From assembly GCA_964188305.1 (NCBI GenBank), contig OZ076890.1: a stretch of DNA of 64,000 nucleotides; one strand, written 5' to 3'. The notes beneath the pieces were generated by a model. The model was not told where the DNA came from and ran no database searches. It saw only the letters and a program-made list of their open reading frames with translations. This DNA is from Podarcis bocagei. Taxonomy: Eukaryota. The number at the start of each line of letters is the position of its first letter. Positions within the stretch are counted from its first letter, which is position 1. The translations under genes and the position numbers were made by a program. Below, piece by piece: positions 38,056 to 50,371 of the stretch.

Positions 38056-40511
38056 CCCTAGGCAAACTACAACCCCCAGGATTCTTAGGGAGAAGTCACA
38101 TCGCAACCGGGGGTTGCTTGCTTGTTTTGTTTCACTCCCAACACCCACAATTGCTAGTCTGAATGGGATGCTTGTTTCCTTTCTGCGCAATCAGGGAGGT
38201 ATGGGGAGCAGCAAAGTGGGTGCAGTTTCTTCACGTACAGTAACCCACGCTACCAATATTTTTCAGCGCACATTCGGCCGTGAGTCTTTTAAGTGCTAAA
38301 ACTTTAGGGAGGGCACCATTTCTTCCCCTCCTTACCAAAATTCAGCCTGGATTCCTGAGATCTCTCAGGGACCAAACTTATTTCTAAATTGCACCCGGGA
38401 GATGCCAATTTCTGGTCCAGAAGGTAGTGTGTGATGTCCAGCACAGCTTGGATAAATTCTCAGGCTGCCTTAAAGCTCTTTCCAAGGTGCCTGGAGGCTC
38501 AGCGTGGATGAGACTGCTAATACCGCATGGCATTTGGCACGCCCAGTGACTTCACAAAGTCCTAATGACGGTTCTACACGTGAACACAAGGGCCTGGTTC
38601 TACTGAAGGACTGCTGCAGGTGTGCCTAATTCATGCTCCCCACTAACAAAGCATGAAGCCGCCATTTATCCACAAATTCCTTCTCGCTGCAAACTACTGG
38701 GCCCCAAGACATGTGTAATAATGGCATTCTGTGGTAGTAACAAGGCACAGAGCATCACAAATGGAATGCCGGCGTCTCTAAATAACAGCTTAACAACTTC
38801 TCCTTCAAGCATGAAATAAAGACGACAAAATCTGGGAGAGGGAGAGAGGTCTGAAAGATAACTTATGTGAGCAATCATCTCCACAAAGGCGGTAACAAAA
38901 ACACCAATAGTGCTTAAAAGGAGTATCAGTCTTTCAGTCCTTCCCGGCAGGAATGAGAAAAGGAACACAGTTTACAAAAGGCACCTAAAAAGAATATATA
39001 TATATAACAATGCTTAAAAGCCTAACAAAGAAGAACTCAAGAGAAAATTGAAAAGTTTAACATACAAACAAGATTATTTGCCACTTTTATCTGCCACAGG
39101 AGGCATATTCTCATTTTTACTTGACAAAGCACAATACAGAGTTTCAACAACAAGCTTTGCTGCAGGGTTGTGGAACAAGAGGTGTACAAAAAGGGATGAG
39201 AGCTATCCCATCATTTCATTATACATTTTTATTCACACAAGGCTTCGGTGCAGCTATCTCCACTCACAACACTGGGATTCACGGCGCAGTGCATTAAGTT
39301 ACTAAGGCAGAAAGTGCAGGTGGAGAGATGATCATTTGGGGGCAAACCTATTCACTTTTTGCCACTATGGTAACATCTAGGTGCATTAGACAGCAGCTAC
39401 AAAGCATGTGGCCAGCACATTTTCAATAAAGCCACACAGCGGCTTGTTTAGCCCCTAGAAAACTCGGCTCCCTACCTCTTGAAGCTTTGGATGTTGTGAA
39501 GAAGCGCCACCAACCAACTGGTGCTGCTTCTTCCATCAACTACTGGTGGCACTTGCCCCTGACAACCTGAAAGGGAACTTGCCACATCTGATGAAGCAGG
39601 CATCCCTATTTTGGGGCCTCTGGCGCAAGGACAGGATGCTGCAGGATGCTTTGGTCTGATTCTGCAGGGCTCTTAGGTTCTTATGATGCACAAGTTGCAT
39701 GGCCAAACATAAAAGGATCTCCCTTCAGCTACCTCCATTCAACAGTTAGAGGTTCTCTGGCAAGCATCAGATTCAAGTTTTAATTTCATCGCTATCTACC
39801 TGCCACCCCCCCCCCCATTTCTATAGATTCTGGCCACCTATTGAGAAACCCCAGCTTAGCGACTCCATGTGAGTAAATGGAATTGTTCTGAAGCAACATA
39901 GCAGCACAACTATTTTCTAGATCCTGCCTAGATCTCTCTGGCGGAGAGGCAGTCTTAACACATAAAATCAGCAAACTAAGTCATGCTTGCACTGATGGAA
40001 AGACTCTGAGCTTCCCTCACAGAGGCTTTATGCTGCCATCATAATAATCATTAGTACTACGATTACCTTTCCTTCCACTGCACAGATAGTCGTGGCTTCG
40101 TTCTCTCGCTAAACCTAGTTAGAGCTCAGAGGGCCAGGGGCTGTAACTGATAGGAACTCATTCCAAATTCAAAGAGGAGCTGGCGTGTCTCGCATACTCA
40201 CCCAGTCCTTGAGCTAAAACTGCTGCATAACCATGGGGGTGGGACAAGAACCGTACAAGAAGATACAGAATTGGGGGACTGGTTCTGCGCAAGCAACAGA
40301 GTGAAGCAGACTGCCTCCATTAAAGCGGTAAGGAACAGGTGAATGCAGGGATTCATGTCTGAGTGGTGGACCAGAACTTTTTATCCTGATGGCCTGGACC
40401 TTTTTAAAATGTTCAGGATGGGGACAATTGGGCTCTCCTTCAACCCATGGGATTAGAGCTACTGGGAAGGGTCTGTCATGGCCTAGACCCTTCAGGGGAT
40501 TTTCTAGTCCT

Positions 40512-40646
40512 CTTAGTCAGTAGAGCACGAGAATTTTAATCTCGGTGTTGAGGGTTTGAGCCCCACATTGGGCAAAAAAATTCCTGCATTGCAGGGGATT
40601 GGACTTGATGACCCTCATGGTCCTTTCCAACTCTACAATTCTATGA
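40512..40646 (+). mobile_element. tRNA-Lys-derived SINE with CR1-like tail
   Basis: Degenerate tRNA-Lys head (tagagcacgagaattttaatctc...gggtttgagccccacattgggc) fused to a CR1-type 3' end (gcaggggattggac...ttccaactctacaattctatga). Confidence 0.8.
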
Positions 40647-41107
40647 AAAACAAAACAAACAGGCATGCACTGAGCTTCTTTGATTATACAGATATAAGGA
40701 AACAGGTCCAGGCACAGTGTTCTACCAAATCACTTGGCAAGTCATGGGCCTGCTCCCACTCGCCAATGCGTCCTGCAAAGGTGCTTGGATGACAGTTCGT
40801 TGCTCCACACGAACTGAGGGTGCACCTTTGGGAACACTCAGTGCTACCAGCCGGCTGCCCATTGTAAAGTAGGGGTGGGGAATCTGAATCAGCTTCAGGG
40901 TGGCATCTCCTTGTGGAATGCTTTCCAGCAGCAGGTGGGACCAGAAGCAAAAGTGGGAAGATCGATAGAATGGAGTCTTCCATTTTGCAGGAGGACCCAT
41001 TCCAGCCGGAAAAAGATTTCCACACATGTACACCCACCCACACCTTCTTGTCTATCCTCCAAGAGGCATTATTAACGATCCAATGATATGCAGAGCCCAG
41101 GCAAGGG

Positions 41108-41697
41108 TGTTTATCCTAGGAATTTATCTCAGTGAAGACCTTACTTGGAAAATCAATACAACCCAGGTGGTTAACAAAGCCTCCATCTCCTCAGAAAGAA
41201 CGATGTCAATCAACATTTGATGATCTCCTTCTACCGGTCCACAATAGAAAGTGTCCTTTCATACTGCATCACGGTGTGGTACGGTGGTTTGACATCAACT
41301 GATAGGAAGTGTCTACAGAGGGTGGTGAATACAGCACAAGATATTATGGGCTGTCCTGTGAATCCGCTGGATGAAATAGCGGAAGAACATTGCCTCAGGA
41401 GAGTGAGGAAAATTCTCAGAGATGATTCACACCCTGGCCGGCACTTTCTTGATCTCCTGCCCTCAGGCAGAAGATACGGAAGCATGATTAGTCGCACCAA
41501 CAGGGTAAAGAACAGCTTCTATCCGTGCGCTGTTAGGCTGCTGAATGAAAAGATAACAACAGGGCAACTGACTTTCGGGTTTGGTGGGTGTGCGTCAGTA
41601 AATGAGGGGAATTAAGACGAAGAGAGCTGAGTGGGGGGTGCTCGTGTAATCTCACTGTATACAAGTTGCACAAGTAACAATAAAGTATTTCAATTTC
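41108..41697 (+). mobile_element. Rex1/Babar-type non-LTR retrotransposon 3' fragment
   Basis: ILGIYLSEDLTW...FYRSTIESVLSYCITVWYG...LQRVV..A..I.G...ILRDDSHPG..FLDLLPSGRRY.S...RTNR.KNSFYP.AVRLLN is the typical Rex1 RT C-terminus. Followed by a 3'UTR with AATAAA. Confidence 0.88.
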
Positions 41698-42285
41698 AGT
41701 ACCTGGGGAAGGTTCCCCACTGCCTTTTAAAGGGATGATCAGTAGCTGCAAGCAAGTGGTGAAATCTTGTCCACCACCCCTGATCTTCTCCACAAGGAAC
41801 CACAGCAAAGCTTCCAAAGGAGCTCAAGGTTTTCCTCACACCCAGTTTGAAAACCAATGGTTTAGCATAGGGATTACCACTGCTGTGTGCTATGGATGTT
41901 TTCAAATTCAACTTCCATCATACCTGACAATTAGTTTTGCTCGCTGAGGCTCATGGGAGTTGGACTCCAAAACAACTGGAAGGCACTGCACTGGCTAGCC
42001 ATGGTTTAGGGTGTCGTGATGCAGCTTCCTGACTAACAGAGGAGTCTTGGCCAAGTGGACTGGAGGTGCTGAGGAAATAGATGTTACCTGAGTCGACCAG
42101 GAGAAGGGAATTTGCAAAAAAAGTCGCCTGTCTGCGGCTAACACTAACTGTTTAGGTAGGAGCCTTGCAACAAACTCTCCTCTGAAAATAGGGACAGGAG
42201 CAAAGGGAAATCCTGTAAAGGTTTACCAACAACGTGACGAGGCAAAAAGGAAAATGAAATTGTGATGAAAGAGACTCGCACTTAC

Positions 42286-42374
42286 GCCTTGTTCCGATTC
42301 CAGCAGCTCTGTTTTGACTCTGACTGCAGGCATCCCATCAAGCATTAGCATTCTGCTTCCAATGTGTTAATGTC
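42286..42374 (-). CDS. KLF12: Krueppel-like factor 12, N-terminal internal exon (equivalent to human exon NINTFENRMLMLDGMPAVRVKTELLESEQG)
   Basis: Minus strand reads ctcacccttgttttccttgttctctttaaag|GACATTAACACATTGGAAGCAGA ATG CTA ATG CTT GAT GGG ATG CCT GCA GTC AGA GTC AAA ACA GAG CTG CTG GAA TCG GAA CAA GGC|gtaagt. The peptide MLMLDGMPAVRVKTELLESEQG matches KLF12 as I recall it. Canonical polypyrimidine/AG acceptor and GTAAGT donor. ATG at 42351-42349. Confidence 0.95.
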
Positions 42375-44247
42375 CTTTAAAGAGAACAAGGAAAACAAGG
42401 GTGAGCTTTGAGAAGGGAGAAGCCATGAAATAACCAGGGCACTTAACCAATTCAAGACTTCTCGGAAGTTAAAAAAGAAAAGAAAGAAAGTCAAGCAATT
42501 CATCAACTGTGTAAGTTTAAATAAATTAGAACATATTACCAAAATATCAACACTGCTTACTTTTTGAGGTCACTTTCCTTGCAAGTTACATAACCAGAGC
42601 TATGACTATGTCATAATTCCACAGGAAAGAACAGAGTGTGCTGTTGGGCACATCGTTCAGCTTCCTGAGCATCTCAGGTTTTCTTTCTTTAAATAGCAAG
42701 TTTCTAGCCATCATGGCTGCAAAGATGTGCTCCAAAAGGAATGGTTTAATGCCTGCTTTAATGTCTGGGAAGTGAGAAAAGTGGCTGAAATTGATTTCCT
42801 GTGATAGGGGGTGGAAGTTCAGTGCCCTTCACAGCTGCACCAACAGAGCTCTGCAAACTAAATTATGCAAATAAGAGACTGTGTGGAAATTTATTAATTT
42901 GCAAAAAAATAAATTTAAAAAGCAGGGTGCAAGGTTCAGCTTTCTTGTTTCAGAATTCTGAATATCTGGGAGCAGAATTTGATGCTTCGGGTTTTCTTCA
43001 CACACATAAAAGTTCCAATCAAATAAAAGCCATTACTTGCATTTAGGAGGAAAAGTCATCCCTAAGGAACACAAAGAAAATGTGGGTTTAGCTAATTTCC
43101 TATCAGAGTGGTGTGTGAAGTTGGGTGGGGGGTGAACTTATAAGTGATTAGGAGTGTTCAACTAAGGTGCCCCAAAGCATGGGAAGAAATCATTCCAGAA
43201 TTAATCCTCTTCCTAGAAAAAGTTTGTGTTTACTTATTGGGCCCAGATTTCACATCCTAGGGTGTCATCAAGCATCTGTGGCTTGGCCATTAGCCTAGGG
43301 TGGAGTCAAAAGGGGGTGGGGGACCAGCGAGGCTCTCATTTCAACCACACTCAAAGCCTTTCATTTAAAATTGTTCCCTCTTTTGTGAGTTGTGAAAAGC
43401 CACCCCTGATGTTCGCTGCAAGACTGGGCCCGATTCTACAATAAAATATCCCTGGAGCCAGACCTGCCTAGCTTAGGATCTGTCAAGCCAAAAGCAGCCC
43501 CTCAGCTATACATTATAGGCTACCAGGGGCTTGGCTCCCCCTTCCTCAGTTCTTCTTCTTTGCATTTACAGGCAAGAAGCAAAACTGGGAGGTTTTATTG
43601 AGCCACCACAGGCTGGTACACATGGCTGATGTGCCTCTGGTGGGTCGCCAGCTGTGCAGGCTTGCCAATGGCTGCTTATAGCCTGTAAGAAAATGAAGGA
43701 TGAGCCGAACCTGCTATTCTGCATCCCGGAGGTGGTCTTGCCCAAATGGAGAAAGGGGCCCCCTCCCACTGAAAGTAAGGCCAGGAGGGGGCAGAGAGAT
43801 GGGAGACAAAAGAAGCATTCTCAAAGCCAGCCGGCAGGTTTAATGAAGTGTTGGAATCTGATTAGAGGCTAATGTCCCTTTTAGTGCTTTGCACCAATTT
43901 ACAGCTGATATACTTTAACCACCACCCCCTCTGCCCCGACTGCTACAAACACATTAGTGCCTTTTCTTTTTCTTAATGCAAGCTAACCAGAACCTTTGAC
44001 AGTTTTTCCAGTAATAAATCAACGGAGCCCAACTAGTTCATGTGCCATTTAACACATTTACATTTTGCTCTTGTTTCCAAGGCTTCCGCCACCTCTTTTC
44101 CTTGTCCCAAAGCGTATTTGCCTCTTTGCTGCAGCGGGGAGGAAGGCCTGGCTTGTGCTCAATAGGCCAGGTTTGGGTTAACATCCCTTCAAGGATTTCC
44201 TTTGCTCGGTACCAGTTTGGGCAGGCAGGTAGCATAGCCTGGGAATT

Positions 44248-44414
44248 ATCTCGGGTTAAGGACTTTGCTTCAGGATGAGAACAGAAATCGCGCTGGGACA
44301 GCGTGGCGGAAGTGGGACGCCCCAATAGCTAAAGTGGTACCTCAGGTTAAGAACAGTTTCAGGTTAAGAATGGACCTCCAGAATGAATAAAGTTCTTAAC
44401 CCGAGGTACCACTG
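44248..44414 (-). mobile_element. MITE family A, truncated
   Basis: One TIR (gaggtaccactg|ta) plus the body. Confidence 0.85.
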
Positions 44415-45466
44415 TAAATAAAAAAACTAAGCTAAAAGTAGAAATAATCAGAATATTTGAAATCGTTGCGGTGCATTCTAGCAACACAACTGGTAACCCG
44501 ACTGTGAGGTGGGCATGTCACGTGGAAGTGCTGAAAAGGATTTCAGTAAATCCAAGAAAACTTGCTTTAGTTCAGATATTTTAAAAAAATAAGATAAAAA
44601 GGTGTGCTCTTTGTAATATTGCAACATGTTAACCACATGAAAGGTACTCCCTGGTGATATTTTTTTATTTAGCTGCATAATTTTCAAATGACTGAAGATT
44701 TTGACAGATTTTTCTGAGCACTTGGGGTCAAAAGAAAGTAATTCAAAACAACTGCTGTTGAGACATTTCATTCCGAATCTGCTAGACAGAGCCAGACAGA
44801 GGATGGTGCCAAGTGGGTGTCCTGCCCACCCCCAACATAAATCCTGGCTACGCCCATGCTACAATAACTTTTTAAAAATTTGGTTTTTAAACAGGGGGGA
44901 AACCCAGTGTCTATTTCTATCTCACCAGGAAGATAAATGCTGACACTGTCATTAAAGCAGGTTCGCATAACTTGGGACCCATCAAGTCAAATGCAACTCA
45001 CTAGTCCTGTACGGCAGGCAATTCGGACTTCAGTAACCCTGGTGCATTCTGGCAACAAGTTGCATAGGCTTGGGTTCAAGTTTGGTTAAATCCTGCACAT
45101 TCTGGCTGCATTCCTTTCCCCCCAGTCATTATCCAGCAGCTACAAGGACAGGAAACCAGGCAATAACTATATAATGCTCTAAATAATGACCCACTGGCTA
45201 CATGGCGCATGCCAACTTTTGGTTATACAACCAAGAACATGGAGATGTTTCTAGATATATGGTACAGACTCTAGCATCCCTCCTTTACCACAGGGTCTGC
45301 CTTCACAGATTCCTAAAGCTGGAACGAGGTGGGCAAATGCAGTTACCCAGAACATTTTGGGTTCTCAGTTCTACAAAGTGAAAACAAAAATTTTTGCCAA
45401 TGCTAATGTTCCCCACTTGTCGAGCTACTGACTCAGGCTGATTTTCAATTGCTTGGAAGTGAATTA

Positions 45467-46151
45467 CCGTATTTTTCGCCCTATAGGACGCACTTTTCCC
45501 CCTCCAAAAATGAAGGGGAAATCTGGGTGCGTCCTATGGGGCGAATGCAGGCTTTTGCTGAAGCCTGGAGAGCGAGAGGGGTCGGTGCGCACCAACCCCT
45601 CTCACTCTCCAGGCTTCAGGAAGCTCTGCGCAACCCTTGGGAGACCGGCTCCGAGGGTTGCACAGAGCTGCCTGCAGTCCCCGGCTCAGCACAGCTCTGC
45701 GCGACCATCGGGAGCGGGGCGCTAAGTCCCGCCCCGCTCCGGATGACGGCGCAGAGCTGCCTGCAGTCCCGGGATCAGCGCAGCTCTGCGCGGCCACCAG
45801 GAGCCGGGGGCGAAGCCCCGCCCCGCTCCCGATGGCCGCGCAGAGCTGCCTGCCGTCCCGGAACTGCAGGCAGATCTGCGCCGCCATCCGGAGCGGGGTG
45901 CTAAGTCCCGCCCCGCTCCAGATGGCGGCGCGGAGCTGCCTGCCGTCCCGGGATCAGCACACTTCTCCCCATCGCCAGCCCCACAAGCTCGGGGGACAGC
46001 GGGGAGGCAGAGAGTGCCTTCCCACTGTTCCCCGACCTGGTTCTTCCAGCCCCACACCTGGGGGGGAAATATTTTTTTTTCTTTATTTCCCCCCCAAAAA
46101 AAACTAGGTGCGACCTATGGGCCGGAGCGTCCTATGGGGCGCAAAATACGG
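45467..46151 (+). mobile_element. MITE family B with internal ~89-90-bp palindromic tandem repeat
   Basis: TA|ccgtatttttcgcc...gcaaaatacgg|TA. Repeat units start near 45663, 45752, 45841 and 45931. Confidence 0.9.
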
Positions 46152-46441
46152 TAAGCCTCATCTTCGCTAGAAACTGTATTGGTGTGTTACAAATGTGTGT
46201 GAGAAATGGGGTGGATAGGAAGCAGATAGCCAGAAAATGGGGGCAGGAAAGAGACTGGGATAGGGGTGTGGGTTTTTTGTGGGGGACTCTATTGTGTTGG
46301 TGAATAGCCAAGGATAGGAGAAGAGCTGGAGAGGAAGCGCTTGTAGCAATAAGTTTGAATGGAACAACCCATATATGGCCAACACTTTGGGATCCGTTCC
46401 ATAGTCACTTTCTACCGTAAATGAAAGAGAAGGAACTAGGA

Positions 46442-46816
46442 CAGGGGTCCCCAAACTAAGGTCCGCGGGCCAGATAAGGCCCAAGGGACTTTTTTATCTG
46501 GCCTGTGGAGACCCCCGCTGCCCAATCTTACTGGCGCTGCGCTGCTGCCCATTTCCATGTCAGAGGAGCACCGGAAATAGCTTGTGCGCATGAACAAGCG
46601 TTATTTGTGCATGCGCAAGTGTTGTTTCTGGTGCACATCTGGGTCAGAGGCCCGTGCACATGCACACAAGCTATTTCCAGTGCTCCTCCGACCCGGAAGT
46701 GCACCGGAAATAGCGTGTGTGCATGTGTGCGCGCATGCGCTCCCCCACCCTCCGGCCCGCCGCATGATCGGTGCTGGAGACACCGGCCCCAGGCGCGGTA
46801 AGTTTGCTGACCCCTG
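46442..46816. mobile_element. hAT MITE
   Basis: CAGGGGTC..CAAACT...AGTTTGCTGACCCCTG with a perfect 8-bp TSD AACTAGGA. Confidence 0.9.
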
Positions 46817-47418
46817 AACTAGGACCTGGTGTAAAGATATGAACTGGAACACTGGCTGCATTCAGACAATAAGCCCCATTTCCTTCCATTCTGCAGTGTG
46901 GCTTTGGGGAGGAAGATGGAAGCTAGTCATCTTATCTAAACCTGAAAAACTGTGGCTAATCTAAACATTGGGGTGTTTTTTAAGCCAACTTCAAACTTTG
47001 GATTATGAAGCCCTCTCGTTTCAAGAAAATATAGTTAAGATTAACCATAGTTTAGCGTTCAGACATAGCGCTCAAGTGCATTTAAGCAAAGGTTTCCATT
47101 CTCCTTGAACCTGTGCTGGAGTAGGAGAGTGGGAAAAGGGCCTGAGGCTTCTTGTAGCTGATTCCCATCGTGATAAGCCATGGTTCATCATAGTATCATA
47201 GTTCATTGTCTGCCCCACCCAGAAAGCTGAATTAGAAAATGAAATGCAAGGCGGGGAAATGTGGAGTAATACAAATACAAGGTAATGTGCACATTCCTAG
47301 AAGTTAGCATCCAGTGGATAAATCAACCATCAACATGACAGATCCAGTAGAATATGGATTCAAATGTGATGCTAGGAAAGCAGGCTATAAAGACTGATTG
47401 AATACTAAAATCAATATA

Positions 47419-47638
47419 CAGTGGTACCTCGGGTTACAGACGCTTCAGGTTACAGACTCCGCTAACCCAGAAATAGTACCTCAGGTTAAGAACTTTGCTT
47501 CAGGATGAGAACAGAAATTGCGCGGCAGCCGCGTGGCGGCAGCGGGAAGCCCCATTAGCTAAAGTGGTACCTCAGGTTAAGAACAGTTTCAGAACAGACC
47601 TCCAGAATGAATTAAGTTCTTAACCCGAGGTACCACTG
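47419..47638 (-). mobile_element. MITE family A
   Basis: TIRs and TA TSD. Confidence 0.92.
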
Positions 47639-48863
47639 TATTAGGAACACTTAAATGTTGGTGCATAGCTTATCTATGCAGCTGAAAGTCACAGAATATC
47701 TTTCACCCTCACACTTTTCTCCAATTGTAACGCAAAATCTGCATTGCTGAATTCTCTTGATTTCTCTCAGTCACCAGCCTTTCCCAGCTGCTCCCCTTGC
47801 ACCAAACCACTTTCCGTTCTGGAAGGTCCCACAGAATTTCAGGGGCTGCAAAGGCGGTCGTGGGAAGGGGGCAGCAGAAAAGTCCCACGGCACAACACAA
47901 GCCATGCATCTTTGGCATTAACATTATAAATATAAGGAAACTGAACTGTTAGGTGGCAAAGGCACTGAATACTGACAGAGAAAATGCAGGAAAGTGGAAC
48001 AAATCTTTGCATCAGCTGTCACGGCAGAAGATGGAGAGGTGACTACACCTGGAAAACTGTGTCAAACAAAGCGTTAGCACTAACCGATGAATTCAGAAGC
48101 AACATGTCACCAAGAAAGTCACCCAACAGCCTTCAAGAATTAAGGCGAGAAACTGCTCATGCTCAATGAAAACAATGTCACTTTTCTCCTAAATCAGGCC
48201 AGAAGGTAACCAGTTTAATATTACTGCCAATGTAACTTTGACCTCTAGGTTCTACCATTTCATCCTGATACTTCTAGCTAAATGAAAACTGACGAAGATT
48301 TAGTAATAAGAAGGGGTGAAGTCTACTCAGGCAAAAAATTCTTAGGTGAAAAGGACAACAAGCGAATGAAGCAATTGTGATCAAATTCAGAAAAGAAAGA
48401 TATGAAAGAAGAGCCTTTGGCTGTAGATTTCTGCATTCCGGGAAATCAAAGTTTTAAAGCTGCTATATTTTTAAAAGTAAAAAGTGCTTGAAAGAAGTAT
48501 GTCAAGCCACTTACGAGGAAGAGCAAATATCCCCAAGTGTATTAAGATTTCTCAGTGCAAGCGCCTTTGATAAACTCAAGAGGCACCATTAATTAATTGC
48601 TCCCTGTTGCGATTCTAAGCCCTCATTAGTGTGTTTTAGCACAGAATAACTGGTCATGCAGCTTGGAGATCTGGCAATGCACCGTGAAGTATTCTCTTCT
48701 CACATGCATGACAACTTTGCCTCTGCCCAAGCCTTCAATGTCACCGACAGATGAGCACACTTAACACTTAACCGCGCTACTCACTTCTACATAGTAGGTT
48801 AAGGTTAGGGGTGGGGAATATCTGGTTTTCAACTTTAAAGCATATCATCAGTTAAACGATATA

Positions 48864-49105
48864 CAGTGGTACCTCGGGTTACAGACACTTCAGGTTACAG
48901 ACGCTTCAGGTTACAGACTCCGCTAACCCAGAAATAGTGCTTCAGGTTAAGAACTTTGCTTCAGGATGAGAACAGAAATCATGCTCCGGTGGTGCGGCAG
49001 CAGCAGGAGGCCCCATTAGCTAAAGTGATGCTTCAGGTTAAGAGCAGTTTCAGGTTAAGAATGGACCTCTGGAACGAATTAAGTACTTAACCCAAGGTAC
49101 CACTG
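48864..49105 (-). mobile_element. MITE family A
   Basis: TIRs and TA TSD. Confidence 0.92.
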
Positions 49106-49599
49106 TACCAAAATATCACAATGTCTGAAATAAGGATGGAGCTGTGTAGAAGCATAGAATGGCTTCACAGTTCTCCCCACATTGTGATTTTTGCACAGCA
49201 CACACACACGCATCATGATATGCAATATATTGCCAGGTCAAACCAGTTTTGGACAATACATCGCTCAGCCTGGTTAAGGTGGGAAACAAAAGCAACATTG
49301 GACCCACTGGTAGGACACTTCGGCTGAAAAGGAAGAGCTTGGGAGTGTTCACCATCACTTTTAGACAATCACAGTTTCCTACAGCATCCAATCTGGGATC
49401 TAGGGTTAACCGTACAGTCCAATCTGGGATATTTAGTGTCAACAGTACAATTTCATAACCTATGGGACGAAGGTTTTAAAAGTCATTTCGATGGAAACTG
49501 TTTCCCCCTTCTCCCAGAGCAAGGTGCACTTTCAACACCCATCAGCTGACAGACATCGGGAGTGCGCATTACTTGAGCAAAGGAATAACTGAGAACTCT

Positions 49600-50135
49600 C
49601 TTTATTATTGTCAATATTTACTAAATTAGTGTACTGCCCTTCATCTGTAGATCTCAGAATGTAGATCTAAGAATGCAAGATTAAAAAAACCCACAAAATA
49701 CATAATAAAAACGAGAGCAACACGAAACAATAAACCTGTCCCTCCACCCAATTTAAAAGGCTGTAGAATATTAATCAGGCAGAGGCTTGGTTGAAGAGGA
49801 ACATTTTTGCCTGGCACCTAAAGATGGTGTCAGGCAAGCCTCTCAGGAGAGGGCATTCCACAAACAGGGAGCCACTGCAGAAAAGGCCCGTTCTTATGTT
49901 GCCACCCTCTGGACCTCACATGGAGGAGGGACACAAAGAAGGGCTTCAGAGGATGATCTCAGGGTCTAGGTAGGTTCATGTGGAGAGAGGTGGTCCTTGA
50001 AGTATTACTGCGGTTCTGAACTGGGCCCTGAAACAAACTGGCAGCCAGTACAGTCACACAAGGATCAGTGCAATATGCGCAATCCATCTTGCCTCGGTGA
50101 GCAACCTGGCTGCCAAATTCTGCACCAGCTGAAGT
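49600..50135 (-). mobile_element. Older L2-like LINE fragment
   Basis: Minus strand reads FSWCRIWQPG...RAFS..AP.LWN.LP-like across frameshifts. Confidence 0.65.
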
Positions 50136-50371
50136 TTCCATCTTCAGAGGCTGTCTTATGTATAACTCCTAATTGTTCCTTTGAAGCCAGATGTAGGGTG
50201 GGTGACGTGCCCTGCCACAAATAGCCTGATGGGTCAAAGGGAGTAGCTTGCCAGGCCAAGTTTGGCACACAAGCTGAAGGTCTCCCACCCTGACCTAGTG
50301 GAATATTGTCTGAGTTTCACAGGTCTCAGAAACAGAGGCAGGGGAGGAAGGGACAGCGACAGAGAGAGCTA

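Larger units (their letters stand above)
1..42285 (-). other. KLF12: KLF12 intron downstream of the exon (next, large PVDLS-containing exon lies outside the window)
   Basis: Begins at the GTAAGT donor (42285). No ORF resembling SPNVHNYPDMEAVPLLLNNVKGEPP...PVDLS is seen in 1-42285. Confidence 0.75.

Noticed and set aside
40512-40575. tRNA-Lys-like sequence (also 32820-32880)
   Set aside because: Degenerate stems fused to a CR1-type tail, so it is a SINE head and not a tRNA gene.
45660-45960. CRISPR-like array of palindromic repeats
   Set aside because: Eukaryotic context, contiguous tandem units without unique spacers, and no cas genes.
45449-46107. Overlapping GC-rich ORFs or apparent CpG island (also 7545-8140 and 50758-51330)
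   Set aside because: The GC-rich parts lie inside family-B MITEs. The open frames reflect stop-poor GC-rich repeats, not a gene or host promoter.
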